A stretch of 62,793 nt of DNA, the filler included, from Basidiobolus ranarum (lineage: Eukaryota), in the NCBI GenBank assembly GCA_040143965.1. It is 48 parts of 48 records of this genome, joined end to end, with 100 filler letters (N's around TTAATTAATTAA, not from the genome) between each part and the next. Parts side by side here need not be neighbours in the genome. Positions count along the whole stretch, not along the records: positions 49,831 to 51,037 come from JASJQH010012879.1; positions 51,138 to 52,344 come from JASJQH010012880.1; positions 52,445 to 53,651 come from JASJQH010012881.1; positions 53,752 to 54,958 come from JASJQH010012882.1; positions 55,059 to 56,265 come from JASJQH010012883.1; positions 56,366 to 57,571 come from JASJQH010012884.1; positions 57,672 to 58,877 come from JASJQH010012885.1; positions 58,978 to 60,183 come from JASJQH010012886.1; 40 more parts are not named here. One strand, given 5' to 3'. Below, in pieces: positions 49,831 to 62,599 of this stretch; position 1 is the first letter of the stretch, and the number at the start of each line of letters is the position of its first letter. The notes below the pieces were generated by a model. The model did no database searches. It was given only the letters and a program-made list of their open reading frames with translations, and was not told where the DNA came from. A program made the position numbers and the translations under genes.

Positions 49831-51037
49831 ATAGTGGAAAATTCAATACAAATGAGCCATTTGAGATAGGATCAAAGTTTGAATCAATTGGAAAGATGCT
49901 TGAAAATGTCAAGATACCATCACATTTTACCAGGACTCCCATCAATATCCACTCATCTAGGCATTTATTCAAAATCAAATACTGGAATTATTCAATTTGT
50001 ATATATTCAAGTGGAATTTTGAAAAGATTTCTGCCTGATAAGTATTGGCATCCATGGGTGTTGTTTGTCAATATTGTTAATATATTCTTAAGGCATCAAC
50101 ACACATTGGCAGATCTCAGGCAGATACAACAACTGTGCAAAGATTTTGTCATTGGATATGAAAAACTTTATTACAGGTTTAAAGAAGATTGACTGAATCT
50201 ATGCCAGTATTCAATACATTCCCTGCTGCATCTTTCACAATGCTTAGAGATTATAGGCCTGGCTATATATTCTGGGAGTTCCCAATGGAGCACACCTGCA
50301 GTGAAATGATGCTCCATGTGAAATTGTCAGTATTACCATACACTAATCTGTTTAACAATGTTTTAACAAAATCAGTGATGGATGTAATGCAATGGGTTAA
50401 GGAGACTCCAGAGTGTATTAACCTGCCAACAAGGGGCTCTTTTCAATGTGCTCATGGGTTTTCACATTGTTTGAGCACAATAACAGCAACAAAGCCTAAT
50501 CCATGGACACAGAGTAGGTACCTTTATAATTGGACTAATTTACTTGTGTGATAATCTGATGGTATTTCTAGGAAAGTGGCAAGACAGACTTCTTGGTGAG
50601 ATAGATGGAGTTATGCAGCATTATTATTTTAGCCATGGGATACTCTATTCAAGCAATGACACATCTACTTGTGGCAGGACATTTGTTGACTGCAAGTCAG
50701 GGATATATTGGCTGAATTTTTTACGGAAATTTGCCAAAATTCAAGATCTTATTCACATTGTGAATTGTAACAAGAGCTAGCTATTAGCCAAGTGTCAGTG
50801 CAATTCAAAATTTCAGATGTTTAGCAATTTTCCACTGTTAGTTTGCTAGTAAAGCATATTGATGTTGTTGAGTTATGTCTAATCAGTCAAATATGCACAT
50901 ATGTAGAGACTAAACCCAACAAGATTCGTGTATTTTTTGATTCTCATTATGGCTGGAATACAAAGCTTAAAATATCTAAATAAAGGCATGCATATTAATT
51001 TGAATTCCTACAGCAGTAAACCCAGTAATTTGCCATT
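49831..51037 (+). mobile_element. CMC transposase C-terminal half
   Basis: GILKRFLP, FVIGYEKLYY, IHSLLHL, FWEFPME. Confidence 0.87.
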
Positions 51038-51137
51038 NNNNNNNNNNNNNNNNNNNNNNNNNNNNNNNNNNNNNNNNNNNNTTAATTAATTAANNNNNNN
51101 NNNNNNNNNNNNNNNNNNNNNNNNNNNNNNNNNNNNN

Positions 51138-52344
51138 ATATAGTCATATATAACTTAGTGCTTAGTTATCTTATAACTCACTAAGATATTATCAATTATT
51201 CTCACATATGTTCCTGGGACCTTCCTTAACATATTCTACATGTTAGTTTGTTTACATCTTGACAAAACTATAAATGTCAACTTTCTACTCAATAAATCAA
51301 TAAGTGAAAACCACCAAGTCCTCTAATTCTCCAAAACCACCTCCAACAGGCTCACAAAAACTTTAACAATATGATGGCATCTTGAAACTTTCAAGAATTT
51401 TCCCAATCAATTCAAACTTTGATCCTATCTTGAATGGCTCATACATATTGAATTTTGTACTATATAGCTGAGTAAGTAGTATTGGAATGTTGCTGAATAG
51501 TAAGTGCATAGTGCCTAATGGGAAGATCTGGAACCAGCTAATCCTCTTTAGCAATATAAATTTAGACTTATGGCTAATACCAAGTTTGACCCTAACAGAA
51601 ATTTGAGGATTGTTATCATACAAAAACCATCACAATTTTAATCCATTTGGGATTGACCATTTACTTACCATCATAAAATTATCAAGTTAGATTTGATTTT
51701 AATCAATTTTTTCAGCTTCAGGAGTGAAATTGCAAGATCTTGCAAAATTGTTGCACATGATTGGCTACAATCCCAGTGAACTATGGATCAACATATGTGC
51801 AAAAAATGTAACTCAAATTTTACACAACTACCACTTGAATGCTAATCTGTCACCTTTGAAATCCCTAGTCTCTTTGATATATTCTCCTGAATATTTTTAT
51901 AGAGTTCTTCATACCCAAGGTTTAACCCATACTCAACATGAGCTTGTATCAATATCTCCATCAAAGCCCACCATTGTATTAATGTTGCTGAAACAACATT
52001 CTTCCAGCTATCTGGTGGATACCCTGCAATATTGTGCCACTCTGTATTAAGTTCTTCCCAGATATCTGCACAGTCAACACCTGACTGAATGTCAAGTAGA
52101 ATATTCTTCTTCTGAAGCCACTTTCTGCATACTTGCACTGCATTTTTCCCTTCATACTTTTAAAAATACTCCTCAAGCACTTTGACTATTTTTGTATATC
52201 CTTGTAGTGTGACACTACTGAGGGTGCTGTGTGGTGTCTGTGTGGCTTTTTGCTTGCCATTACCTTTGGGGCTAATTTCAACACTTTGAAAAGTAGCAGT
52301 TGAGGTTGGAGAGCCATGAGTGTTATTGCTGGTGCTTTGGCTTG
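51138..52344. mobile_element. LTR-A remnant (to 51368), transposase piece (-), then CMC left end (51590) with the antisense ORF-A C-terminus (stop 51842)
   Basis: CCCTAACAGAAATTTGAGG; minus frame 52344 to 51842 open except for one stop. Confidence 0.85.
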
Positions 52345-52444
52345 NNNNNNNNNNNNNNNNNNNNNNNNNNNNNNNNNNNNNNNNNNNNTTAATTAATTAA
52401 NNNNNNNNNNNNNNNNNNNNNNNNNNNNNNNNNNNNNNNNNNNN

Positions 52445-53651
52445 ACTTGATGGATATCACTACCAGAATCCAAAAAGTCAAGGTTTCTTTGAGAACACAT
52501 ATGATTATGCATTTGCATTGGCTCTGGATGGTATCTCACTAAACAAATATACTGTTGGAAAGGCTTGCTGGCCAATAATTTTAATTGACTCAAATCTACC
52601 TCCTTCTGAGCAGTATAGGAGTCATAATATTCTGATACTATCCATCATATCTGGACCTAAATGACTAATGTTTATATTTAGCTTCCTGGAGCCTTTGATT
52701 GCAAAATTTGAACAGTTATCTAATGGGGTTCAGATGGTTGAGTATTTTATTCAAGCTAATATCATTGTATATTTTGGTGACACACCTACCATCAGTAAAC
52801 TTGGTGGTTTTCATAGGCACAATGTGTTAAAATTAGCTTTGCCTAAACACCTATATAGTCATATATAGCTTAGTACTTAGTTATCTTATAATTCACCAAG
52901 ATATTATCCATTATTCACAAATGGAATTTACTTAAGATATTTTTACCAACTTGAGTTCTCAGTTGTATAGATTTTTCGAACTTGTGCTAGAAGCCCCAAA
53001 CTTTGCACATGTACTCCTGGGACCTTTGTTAACACTTTCTACATGCTAGTTTGTTTACATCTTGACAAAACTATAAATGTCAACTTTCTACTCAATAAAT
53101 CAATAAGTGAAAACCAACAATTCCTCTAATTATCCAAACCACTTCCAATGGGTTCCCAAATACTTTAACACAATGCACTATCTTGCTGTAGATTTTGTCA
53201 AACCAATGGAGTTTACTCTATCAGGGATATACATTACTACTATCCAAATACAAAACTAAACTTCATGATTTTATTGTCAAGAGCCCTGTCAGATTTCAAC
53301 ATGCTCACTGATATCAATTCACCAAATAGTCAGTATAACATCAAACTTGGTATTAGCCATAAGCCTAAGATTATATTGCCAATGGGGGTCTGCTGGAGCC
53401 AGAGCTTCTCATTAGGCACTATACGCTCACTATTCAGCAACAATCCAATACTACATACTTAGCTATATAGTGGAAAATTCAATAAGAATGAGCCATTTGA
53501 GATAGGTTCAAAGTTTTAATCAGTTGGGAATATGCTTGAAAATGTCAAGATATCATCATATTTGACCAGGACTCCCATCAATATCCACTCATCTAGGTGT
53601 TTATTCAAATGCAAAGACTGGAAGTATTGGAACTATATATATTCAAGTGGA
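52445..53651 (+). mobile_element. CMC transposase core interrupted by a solo LTR
   Basis: LALDG at 52518-52532; GDTPTISKLGGF; resumes ALSCCRFC after the LTR. Confidence 0.88.
52825..53170 (+). repeat. Complete family-A solo LTR (346 bp) with 5-bp TSD CAATG
   Basis: TGTTA...TAACA flanked by CAATG at 52820-52824 and 53171-53175. Confidence 0.95.
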
Positions 53652-53751
53652 NNNNNNNNNNNNNNNNNNNNNNNNNNNNNNNNNNNNNNNNNNNNTTAAT
53701 TAATTAANNNNNNNNNNNNNNNNNNNNNNNNNNNNNNNNNNNNNNNNNNNN

Positions 53752-54958
53752 CTGTTGTTATACACCAGGCTTTGTGCAGCTGGTGGCTTTGTACAGTGAC
53801 CATACTTGTGGTTATTTTTCCATGAAGCCTCCAGCTTGCATAGCTCAAGAATCTGTGAAAATAATAGCAAGACTTTTTTAAATGTTTGTGTTGCAACATG
53901 AGAAGGATATTGTAGAAAAAAGAATACCTCCCACATCAGGGTGGTATCTTAGGTATAGCCCCTCAATATTATCAGCTGATTCTGAGATGGTGTCGCAGAT
54001 GAGTTATCAGGGGATTTACAAAATATTTCTGGTAATGGATGGCACCTTTGGTTTATTATAAGCTGTTTCTAAGCAAGATCATTACACCAAGTTTACCACT
54101 TGAATATTTCAATGGCATTCCAAAAGTGTTCAAAAGTCAAGTCAAAATTGGCTTCCAAGCCAAAGCCTGCTGGCATAAAAGGAAAAAAACCAGCAAGAAC
54201 AGAGGACTTAATTGATGAGCAGTCTAGCAATCCACTATCCACTTTGGAAGGCATCAGCATGGAAGAAACTATCCCAAGTAATGATGAAGCTTTAATCAAT
54301 TTTCCAGATGTGTTCCTCTCCAGCAATAGTGCAAGTGAAGAGATTGTAATCCACCAATTACGTAGTAAATCAATAGTTGAGCAAAGTTCAACCAAAACAC
54401 CATCAACACCATAAACTTCCAAAATAACTGCTTTGCCCACTATTGAACAACCCTCTGTAGAAACTTGGATAGAGTTATTACAACCAGGGAATTGCAGGCA
54501 GAACACTGTTATAATTTGTATGCTGTCATAAGTAAAAGTTATGAAGTTGCTGTATAGGCCATGACAAGCAATAATGCCGCAATATTGCAATTAATGCAGC
54601 ATTTGGAAGCAACCAGTCAGCAGTAAAAGAGTCACTCAACAATGATACAAGACCTTCAGAATGCTGTACTTGAGCTACAGCAACATGCTGCTCCCTCCAT
54701 CCATTCTCATATGGGATTTTGATCAATCCCACACCATACATATGAATGTCACTGTGACAATCTACCAGAGCAGAATATGTGTTTGACCATTAAAGCATAC
54801 ACAATGACCCAAGATTCCTTGGGCACATGAAAGTAGAAATCTCATAGAAAAACCAGCAAACCAAAAGACTGCTAATATCAGATCTACCATCACTTGCTCT
54901 GAAGAGGAGTGGTTTGACATTTTGGAAACTGTGCAGAATCTTGCCCCAAATCACTTGG
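53752..54958. repeat. Divergent two-ORF module (ATG 53899 -, ATG 54112 +), putative centre of the CMC element
   Basis: Homologous to 56366-57571 and 15404-15668. Confidence 0.65.
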
Positions 54959-55058
54959 NNNNNNNNNNNNNNNNNNNNNNNNNNNNNNNNNNNNNNNNNN
55001 NNTTAATTAATTAANNNNNNNNNNNNNNNNNNNNNNNNNNNNNNNNNNNNNNNNNNNN

Positions 55059-56265
55059 AGTACTCACTGTAAAGCTGATGGTATTACCAATATACCTGAT
55101 GGATATCACTACCAGAATCTAAAAAGTCAAGGTTTCTGTGAGAACCTGTATGACCATGCATTTGTATTAGCTCTGCATGATTTCTGGCTAAACAAATATA
55201 CCATTGGAAAGGCTTGCTGGCCAATAATTTTAATTAATTTAGATTATCCTCCTTCTAAATGATATAAGAGTCATAATATTTTGATACTATCAATCACGAC
55301 TGGACCTAAATCACCAGTGCTTATAGACAGCTTCTGGGGGCCTGTGATTGCCAAATTTTAATGGTTATCTAATGGGGTTCAGATGGGTAAATATTTTACT
55401 AAAGCAAATATCATTGTATGTATTAGTAACACTCCTTCCATCAGTAAACTTGGAGGTTTTTGCAGGCATAATGCACTATCTTGCTGTAGATTCTGTCACA
55501 TCAATGGAATCTACTCAATCAGGTATATGCATTACTACTATACAGATATAAAACTAAACTCCAGAATTTTACCATCAAGAGCCCTAACCAATTTCAATAT
55601 GATCAATGATATCAATTCACCAAATAGTCAGTCTGACATCAAACTTGGTTTTAGCCATAAGCCCAAGATTTTATAGGTAAATGGGATCAGCTGGAGCCAG
55701 CATTTCCCATTAGGCACTATGAACTTACTATTTAACAACATTCTGATACTACTTACTCCTCTAAATGGGGGAAAATTCAATGTGAATGAGCCATTGGAGA
55801 TAGGAGCAAAGTTTGAATCATTTGGGAAAATACTTGGCTAAATTCAAGTGGAATCTTGAAAAGATTTCTGCCTGATAAGTATTGGCAAAATTGGGAGTTG
55901 TCCCTAACAAAATTTTGAGTATTGTTATTGTAGGAAAATGGTCAAAATTTTAATCCATTTGGGATTGACCATTTACTTACCATCATAAAATTGTCAAGTT
56001 AGATTTGATTTCAATCAATTTTTTCAGTTTCAGGAGTGAAATTCCAAGATCTTGCAAAATAGTTGCACATGATTGGCTACAATCTCAGGGAACTATGGAT
56101 CAACACATGTGCAAAAAACATAACTCAAATTTTACACAATTACCACTTGAATGCCAATTTGTCACCTTTGAAATCCCTAGTTTCTTTGATATATTCTCCT
56201 TATTATTTTTATAGAGTTCTCTATACCCAAGGTTTAGCTCATACCCAACATGAGTTTGTATCAAT
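55059..56265 (+). mobile_element. CMC transposase core with a left end inserted at 55902
   Basis: SKLGGFCRHNALSCCRFC; CCCTAACAAAATTTTGAG. Confidence 0.87.
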
Positions 56266-56365
56266 NNNNNNNNNNNNNNNNNNNNNNNNNNNNNNNNNNN
56301 NNNNNNNNNTTAATTAATTAANNNNNNNNNNNNNNNNNNNNNNNNNNNNNNNNNNNNNNNNNNNN

Positions 56366-57571
56366 TTCATATGTATGGTGTGGGATTGATTGATAGCCGG
56401 TATGATCATGGATGGAGGGAGCAGCATGTTGCTGTAGCTCAAGTACAGCATTCTGAAGGTCTTGTATCATTGTTGAGCGACTCTCTAATTGTTGACTACT
56501 TGCTTCCAAAGGCTGCATTAATTGCGATATTGCAGCGTTATTGCTTGTCATGGCCTGTATAGCAACTTTGTAGTTTTTACTTATGATTGCATACAAATCA
56601 TTATAGTGTTCTGCCTGCAAATCCCTTGTTGTAATAATTCTATCCAAATTATCTATGGAGGGTTGTTCAATAGTGGGCAAAGTAGCCATTTTGGGAGTTG
56701 ATGGTCTTGATGGTGTTTTGGTTGAACTTTGCTCAACTATTGATTTACTATGTAGTTGGGGGATTACAATCTCTCACTTGCACTATTGCTGGAAAGGAAC
56801 AAATTTGGTAAATTGATTAATGCTTCATCATTACATGAGTTAGTTTCTGGCATGTTAATGCCTTGCAAAGTGGATAGTGGATTGCTATACTGCTCATCAA
56901 TCAAGTCCTCTGCTCCTGCTGGTTTTTTTCCTTTTGTGCCAGCAGGCTTTGGCTTGGAAGCTGATTTTGATTCAGATTTTGAATGGTTTTTGAATGGCAT
57001 TGAAATATTCAGATGGCAAACTTGGTGTAATCAAACAGCTTGGAAACAGCTTATAATAAACCAAAATTGCCACCCTTTACCAGAAATATCTTGTAAATCC
57101 CCCGATGATTCATCTGTGACACTGTCTCAGAATCAGCTGATGATATTGATGGGCTATACCTAAAATACCACCCTTATATAGTCTTTTTTCTACAATATCC
57201 TTCTCATGCTGCAACACAAACATTTCAAGAAGCCCTGCTATTATTGTAACAAATTCTTGTGCTGTGAAAGCTGGAGGCTTCATAGAAAAGATAATCACAA
57301 GCATGGTCACTGTACAAAGCCACCAGCTGAACAAAGCCTGGTGTATAAAAACAGTAATAAGTGCACAAAATGGACTTTAATTTTACCCATTTAGTCCACT
57401 GACTGTAGTTTGCCTCAAAGTTTTGGTAACACTGCCAAAAGTCACAATACCGTGGAGTTACCACAGTTATATGACCAGTATGATGTAGCTTAAAATGCAA
57501 CTTTGGTCAAACCAGTAAGTCCAGACAACTTCAAGGACTTGCTGCTAGATGTTGACCTTGGTTATTCCAGT
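56366..57571. repeat. Divergent two-ORF module (ATG 57000 -, ATG 57206 +), second copy
   Basis: MPFKNHSKSESK... versus MLQHKHFKKPCYYCNKFLCCESWRLH, 205 bp apart. Confidence 0.65.
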
Positions 57572-57671
57572 NNNNNNNNNNNNNNNNNNNNNNNNNNNNN
57601 NNNNNNNNNNNNNNNTTAATTAATTAANNNNNNNNNNNNNNNNNNNNNNNNNNNNNNNNNNNNNNNNNNNN

Positions 57672-58877
57672 TGAGCAAGAAACTACTGCCTCCTATTCAC
57701 CTCAACAGAATGGAGTTGCTGAAAGAGCTAACAGGACTATAATAGAAACGGCAAGATCTATGTTAAATGCACAAAATTTATCTCATAGCTTTTGGGTGGA
57801 ATCTATTGCTACAGCTGTATATCTGAAGAATAGGAGTTTTACTAGAAGTCTGTCTAACTCTACATCATATCAAGCTTGGTTTGGAGTCAAATCTGATGTA
57901 AAATATTTGAAGATCTTTGCTTATGTCAAAATTATGACCAAAAGGTGGTCTAAACTTGATCCAAAAAGTAAGAAATACATATTTCTAGGTTGCTGGATTC
58001 AAACTAAGACCTATGGACTCCACAATACCAAAATTTCCAAGTTAATCAAGTCCAGGGATGCTTTGTTTAATGAAAATGAAATATTTTCACCCAAAATGAC
58101 CTCAGATGATAACAAAAATCAATTTTCTCCTGAGCCAGTCGTTCAATTAGATTCAAACCAAAACAATGAATAAAATAGCATTCCTGGGGACCCTTCAACC
58201 ATAATTTTGCCTACTGAAGTGCCCAATACATTGCCAGAAGTTGTAGTACCTTTATCCCAAACAAAGAGATCAAATTGGGCTTAGTTGCTGTTATTGTGCG
58301 CAAATAATGTGAAAACCAATGAGCATATTGAAAAGAGGCCTTTGCTGGAAGGTTAATACACTCTGGAATCACCTTAATCCAGTGTAATACATCCATTACT
58401 GATTTTGCTCATGCATTGTTAATAAGGCAGAAGCAGTGACTCTGCAAGGATTTTGTAATTTGATATGTAAACTTTTTTACAGGTTTAAAGAAGATAGACT
58501 GAATCTATGCCTGTATTAAATATATTCCCTGCTGCATCTTTCACGATGCTTAGAGATTATAGGCCCTTGCTATACTTTCTGGGAGTTCCCAATGGAGTGC
58601 ACCTGCAGTGAAATGATGCTCTGTGTGAAATTGCCAGTATTACCATATCTGTGATGGATGTCATGTGATGGGTTAATGAGACTTCAGAGTATATTAATCT
58701 GCCAACAAAGAGCTCTTTTCAATGTGCTCACAGGTTTTTGCATTGTTTGAGCACATTAACAGCAATAAAGCCCAATCCATGGACACAGAGTAAGTACCTT
58801 TATAATCGGACTAATTTGCTTGTGTGATAATCTGACGGTATTTTTAGGAAAGCTGCAAGACAGACTTCTTGGTGAGA
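57672..58877 (+). mobile_element. Copia integrase (to about 58260) joined to rearranged CMC transposase pieces
   Basis: YSPQQNGVAERANRTI, FWVES; about 58270-58425 is an inverted transposase piece and 58430-58877 is forward. Confidence 0.82.
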
Positions 58878-59281
58878 NNNNNNNNNNNNNNNNNNNNNNN
58901 NNNNNNNNNNNNNNNNNNNNNTTAATTAATTAANNNNNNNNNNNNNNNNNNNNNNNNNNNNNNNNNNNNNNNNNNNNACTTCAATCCTAGTTGGGTATGC
59001 CATCAAACTTGGTAAAAGATAGAAGCAATGAATATACCCAGTGTAGTAAGTCAGTGTAGTAAGCTGTGGAAACCATCAAACAAAATACTTGCTATTGGTT
59101 ACTAACATATGAGCATTCGAGAAGTATATCGGAGTCTTGAGGCTCTCAAGTCAAGTGAACAATCACTCACAAACTTTGGATACTCAAAATGACTATAAAT
59201 GAGGACATTGCCTTAACGCAAGTAGTTCATACATTCACATTGACCCTTTACACTCAGTAACTAGCCAAAGAACACCACACC

Positions 59282-60064
59282 ATGAGATTCCATATCAGCA
59301 CCGCTATCCCATCGCTTCTCCTTGCTTACTCCCTTCAAGTGAGTGCGCGACAGGCGGTCTCTTCCACTTCAGTTATGAATCTACCAACCATACCTCTGCC
59401 TCAAACCAGTCGTAGTTTAAGTGTGACAAACTCAAGAATAGTCTTCAGTTCCGCCTCTGCCCTCAGCACTTCAGAGGTCCCAGTTGATACGCGACAGGCG
59501 GCCTCCTCCACTTCAGTTATGGATCTACCAACCATACCTCTGCCCCAAACCAGTCGTAGTTCAAGTGTGGCCAACTCAGACATAGTCTCTAGCTCTGCCT
59601 CAGCTCTCAGCACTTCAAAGGTCTCAATTGTGCCTACCAGTGCCAGTATTCTCACAGATGACAATGACAATGCATCTACCATGGTTCATCCTTCTTCGTC
59701 AGTCACTCATCATACCACAATGACTGGGAATGATACCAAGTGCAAAACCGGCCATCGTCATTCTAGTAGGACAAGTGATGCCATCTCCAGCCACACCTCT
59801 ACTACAACCGGTCAAACCAGTCCGGCAACTTCCACTCAGAGCTCATTGCCTTCAGCCTCGGTCACCAGCTCTATCAATCCCTCACCTATTGGCAGACCTA
59901 ATGAAAGGAGATGTCGTGAAGGCAAGTACGTTTGTCCGGATGGAACTGGAGGGGAATTTCTCTGGTGTGTTTTCGGGAAGTGGGCCCGCCAAAGATGCCA
60001 GCCAGGTATGGACTGTAGCAAACCTCCCAAGCAGGTGATGTGGTGTGAGCCTCGTAGTGACTAA
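59282..60064 (+). CDS. Secreted Ser/Thr-rich protein with a C-terminal CBM19-like (chitin-binding) Cys domain
   Basis: Signal peptide; two 48-aa repeats; CREGKYVC...FLWCVFGKWARQRCQPGMDC...C; TATAAAT at 59194. Confidence 0.85.
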   Translation: MRFHISTAIPSLLLAYSLQVSARQAVSSTSVMNLPTIPLPQTSRSLSVTNSRIVFSSASALSTSEVPVDTRQAASSTSVMDLPTIPLPQTSRSSSVANSDIVSSSASALSTSKVSIVPTSASILTDDNDNASTMVHPSSSVTHHTTMTGNDTKCKTGHRHSSRTSDAISSHTSTTTGQTSPATSTQSSLPSASVTSSINPSPIGRPNERRCREGKYVCPDGTGGEFLWCVFGKWARQRCQPGMDCSKPPKQVMWCEPRSD

Positions 60065-60283
60065 GAGATTATAATCGGTGCATGACCAGCACTTGGGAGA
60101 TAGCAATCTACTTACTACATCCCACTGTTGAATATGTACTGAATATTGACATTTGCTGTGCAAAGGTCCGAGGATGATTCACCNNNNNNNNNNNNNNNNN
60201 NNNNNNNNNNNNNNNNNNNNNNNNNNNTTAATTAATTAANNNNNNNNNNNNNNNNNNNNNNNNNNNNNNNNNNNNNNNNNNNN

Positions 60284-61488
60284 ATGTTACTGCAGATCAA
60301 AGAAGAAATGGGTTTCAAAGAAAAAGGAAGCATATAACACCACTAAAAGAGGAAATGAACACTATGTACTTATGGCAACCTCTAAATCAGGAAATGACTC
60401 TGCTGATGTATGGATTCTAGATTCTGGTGCAAGTGATCATATGTGTCACAATAGAAACATAATGCATGACTATAAGGAAATAGAACCTCTGGACATTGTG
60501 GTAGCTGGAAGAAACAAACTGGTTGCATATGGAATGGGAAAGGTCCACTTGACATACAAATAAACTAAACCAAAAGTGTAACTGTAACCTTGGAAGATGT
60601 CCTATATATTCCATCATTTACAACAAATCTGTTTTCAATTGGAGCAATTGAAAAGAAACATTATGATGTCAAATTCAGCCAAGGAAAAGCAACCATATAC
60701 AAATCAAAGAACTTGATAGTAGCAACTAGAACAAGAATTGGGAATCTATATCACCTGGATATTGCTCCAATAACTAAGACTATTTCTGACTTTGCAACAA
60801 TTACTTCTGGAAACTGGATGGCTTGGCATCAGTGCTTGGGTTATCTAAACTAAAATAGTGTGAAACTATTATAAAAGAATAGCCTGTATACTGGAATGGA
60901 TCTTAAGCCCTCAGATATCACTAAATGTGAAAGCTGTATTCAAGGGAAAATCACCACAAAGCCATTTCCAAAAGCAGGAGCTAGCAAAGCCAAAGATTTA
61001 TTGGATTTCATTCATACAGACTTATGTGGCCTAATGCAAACTCTGACACCGAGGAAGCAACAATATTTACTCATCTCTATTGATTATAAACCTCACTACA
61101 CAGCTTCATAACTTCTGTCAAGTAAAGGAGAAGTGTTTCAATATTTCAACATATATGAAGCAATGGTCACAACCATAACTGGAAGAAAAATTGAATACCT
61201 ATGCAGTGATGATGGCACTGAATTTAGCAATGAAGCCATGACTAGCTTTGGTCAAGAAAAGGGAATTCAGCAGCAATTTACTATTCCATATAGTGCAGAA
61301 CTAAATGGAGTTGCAGATAGGATGAATAGGACTTTAGTAGAGAAAGCACATACATTGCTGATTGATTCAGATCTGCCTAAGTCCTATTGGGGTGAAGCTA
61401 TTTTCACAGCTACATAGCTCCAAATTCGTCGTCTAACAAGTAGCAACCATGACTCTACAACTCCTATTGAAATCTGGACTGGAAACTA
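60284..61488 (+). mobile_element. Ty1/Copia protease, pre-integrase zinc finger and integrase
   Basis: WILDSGASDHM, NLFSIG, WHQCLG, CESCIQGK, IHTDLCG; same family as 34130-34905. Confidence 0.92.
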
Positions 61489-61588
61489 NNNNNNNNNNNN
61501 NNNNNNNNNNNNNNNNNNNNNNNNNNNNNNNNTTAATTAATTAANNNNNNNNNNNNNNNNNNNNNNNNNNNNNNNNNNNNNNNNNNNN

Positions 61589-62447
61589 CTGCCACTCCTG
61601 ATGCTTGAAATTTTGAAGGCTACAATGATGCAGACTGGGGAAGAAACCTTGATGATCAAAGATTAACAATTGGGTACACTTTTCTCTATGCTAATGGAGC
61701 CATAACTTGGAATAGTAAGAAGCAACCAACTATAGCACTTTCCACTACAGAAGCCGAGTATATGGCTGCCTCTGCTACACAAGAGCTATGTGGTTAAGAA
61801 AGTTGTTTACACACTTGAGATACATGCAAAAATGTGCTATTACTGTATTTGAAGATAATCAAAGTTGTATTTCATTAGCTAAAAACCTTATATTTCATGC
61901 TAGAACAAAACATATAGATATTAGGCATCATTTTGTTAGAGAAGCAATAGAGAATGTAATAATTGAACTTGTCTATGGCCCTACTGAAGAAATGATTGCT
62001 GATATCTTAACTAAACCTTTAGCTAAAGCACAATTTGAATTACTAATACAAAAGTTAGGTTCAAGAGAAATACAAAATAATTAGTTGAGTGTGAATGTTG
62101 AAATTAGATAAATAGCAACTCATTATTTAGTAGTTAGTTTATTCATATTTTTATTATTTAGAACTCAATTCTGTGTGTCAAAAATGTGTGTTTATTGCTC
62201 TAATTGATAGAAATATCAATTGGATCACTTTTACCAATTTTCATTATTTTCTTAAAACTTCTCCAAATCGCCTCAAATTTTCACCCATGCTTAACAGGCA
62301 TGTTTGATATTATCTAAGCACATCCAATAGTCCTATTTCATAGTAAACTGTTAATTGGACATATTCAATTCAATAAAACTTAATTGTCTAGTTCACAAAT
62401 CCAAATCTTGTCCAAAACACTTCTAAGTCCCCTAAACACTTTTATCA
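61589..62447 (+). mobile_element. Ty1/Copia RNase H and 3' LTR (62096-62447)
   Basis: DADWG, ALSTTEAEYMA, RTKHIDIRHHFVRE; LTR TGTTG...TTATCA, also seen at 23645-23746 and 24804-24856. Confidence 0.9.
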
Positions 62448-62599
62448 AGGTGATGATAGGAAAGACAGTAGTTGCAATTGGATCATCATAATCCACAACC
62501 CAATGTTTTTGTTTTTGAAATGTTGGAGGCTCCACAATCAATATACCATGTATGAGAATCCCTGCTGGTAGTCATAGAAAGAACAAATATATGCAGTTG

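Noticed and set aside
59401-60163. Overlapping alternative ORFs on the CBM19-like gene, and similar short antisense ORFs over TEs
   Set aside because: Shadow frames of the real coding strand with no independent evidence.
1216-61588. Regularly spaced TTAATTAATTAA palindrome resembling a repeat-spacer array
   Set aside because: It is embedded in fixed N runs and is an assembly linker. ORFs ending in XXX/LIN and any gene neighbourhood across it are artefacts.
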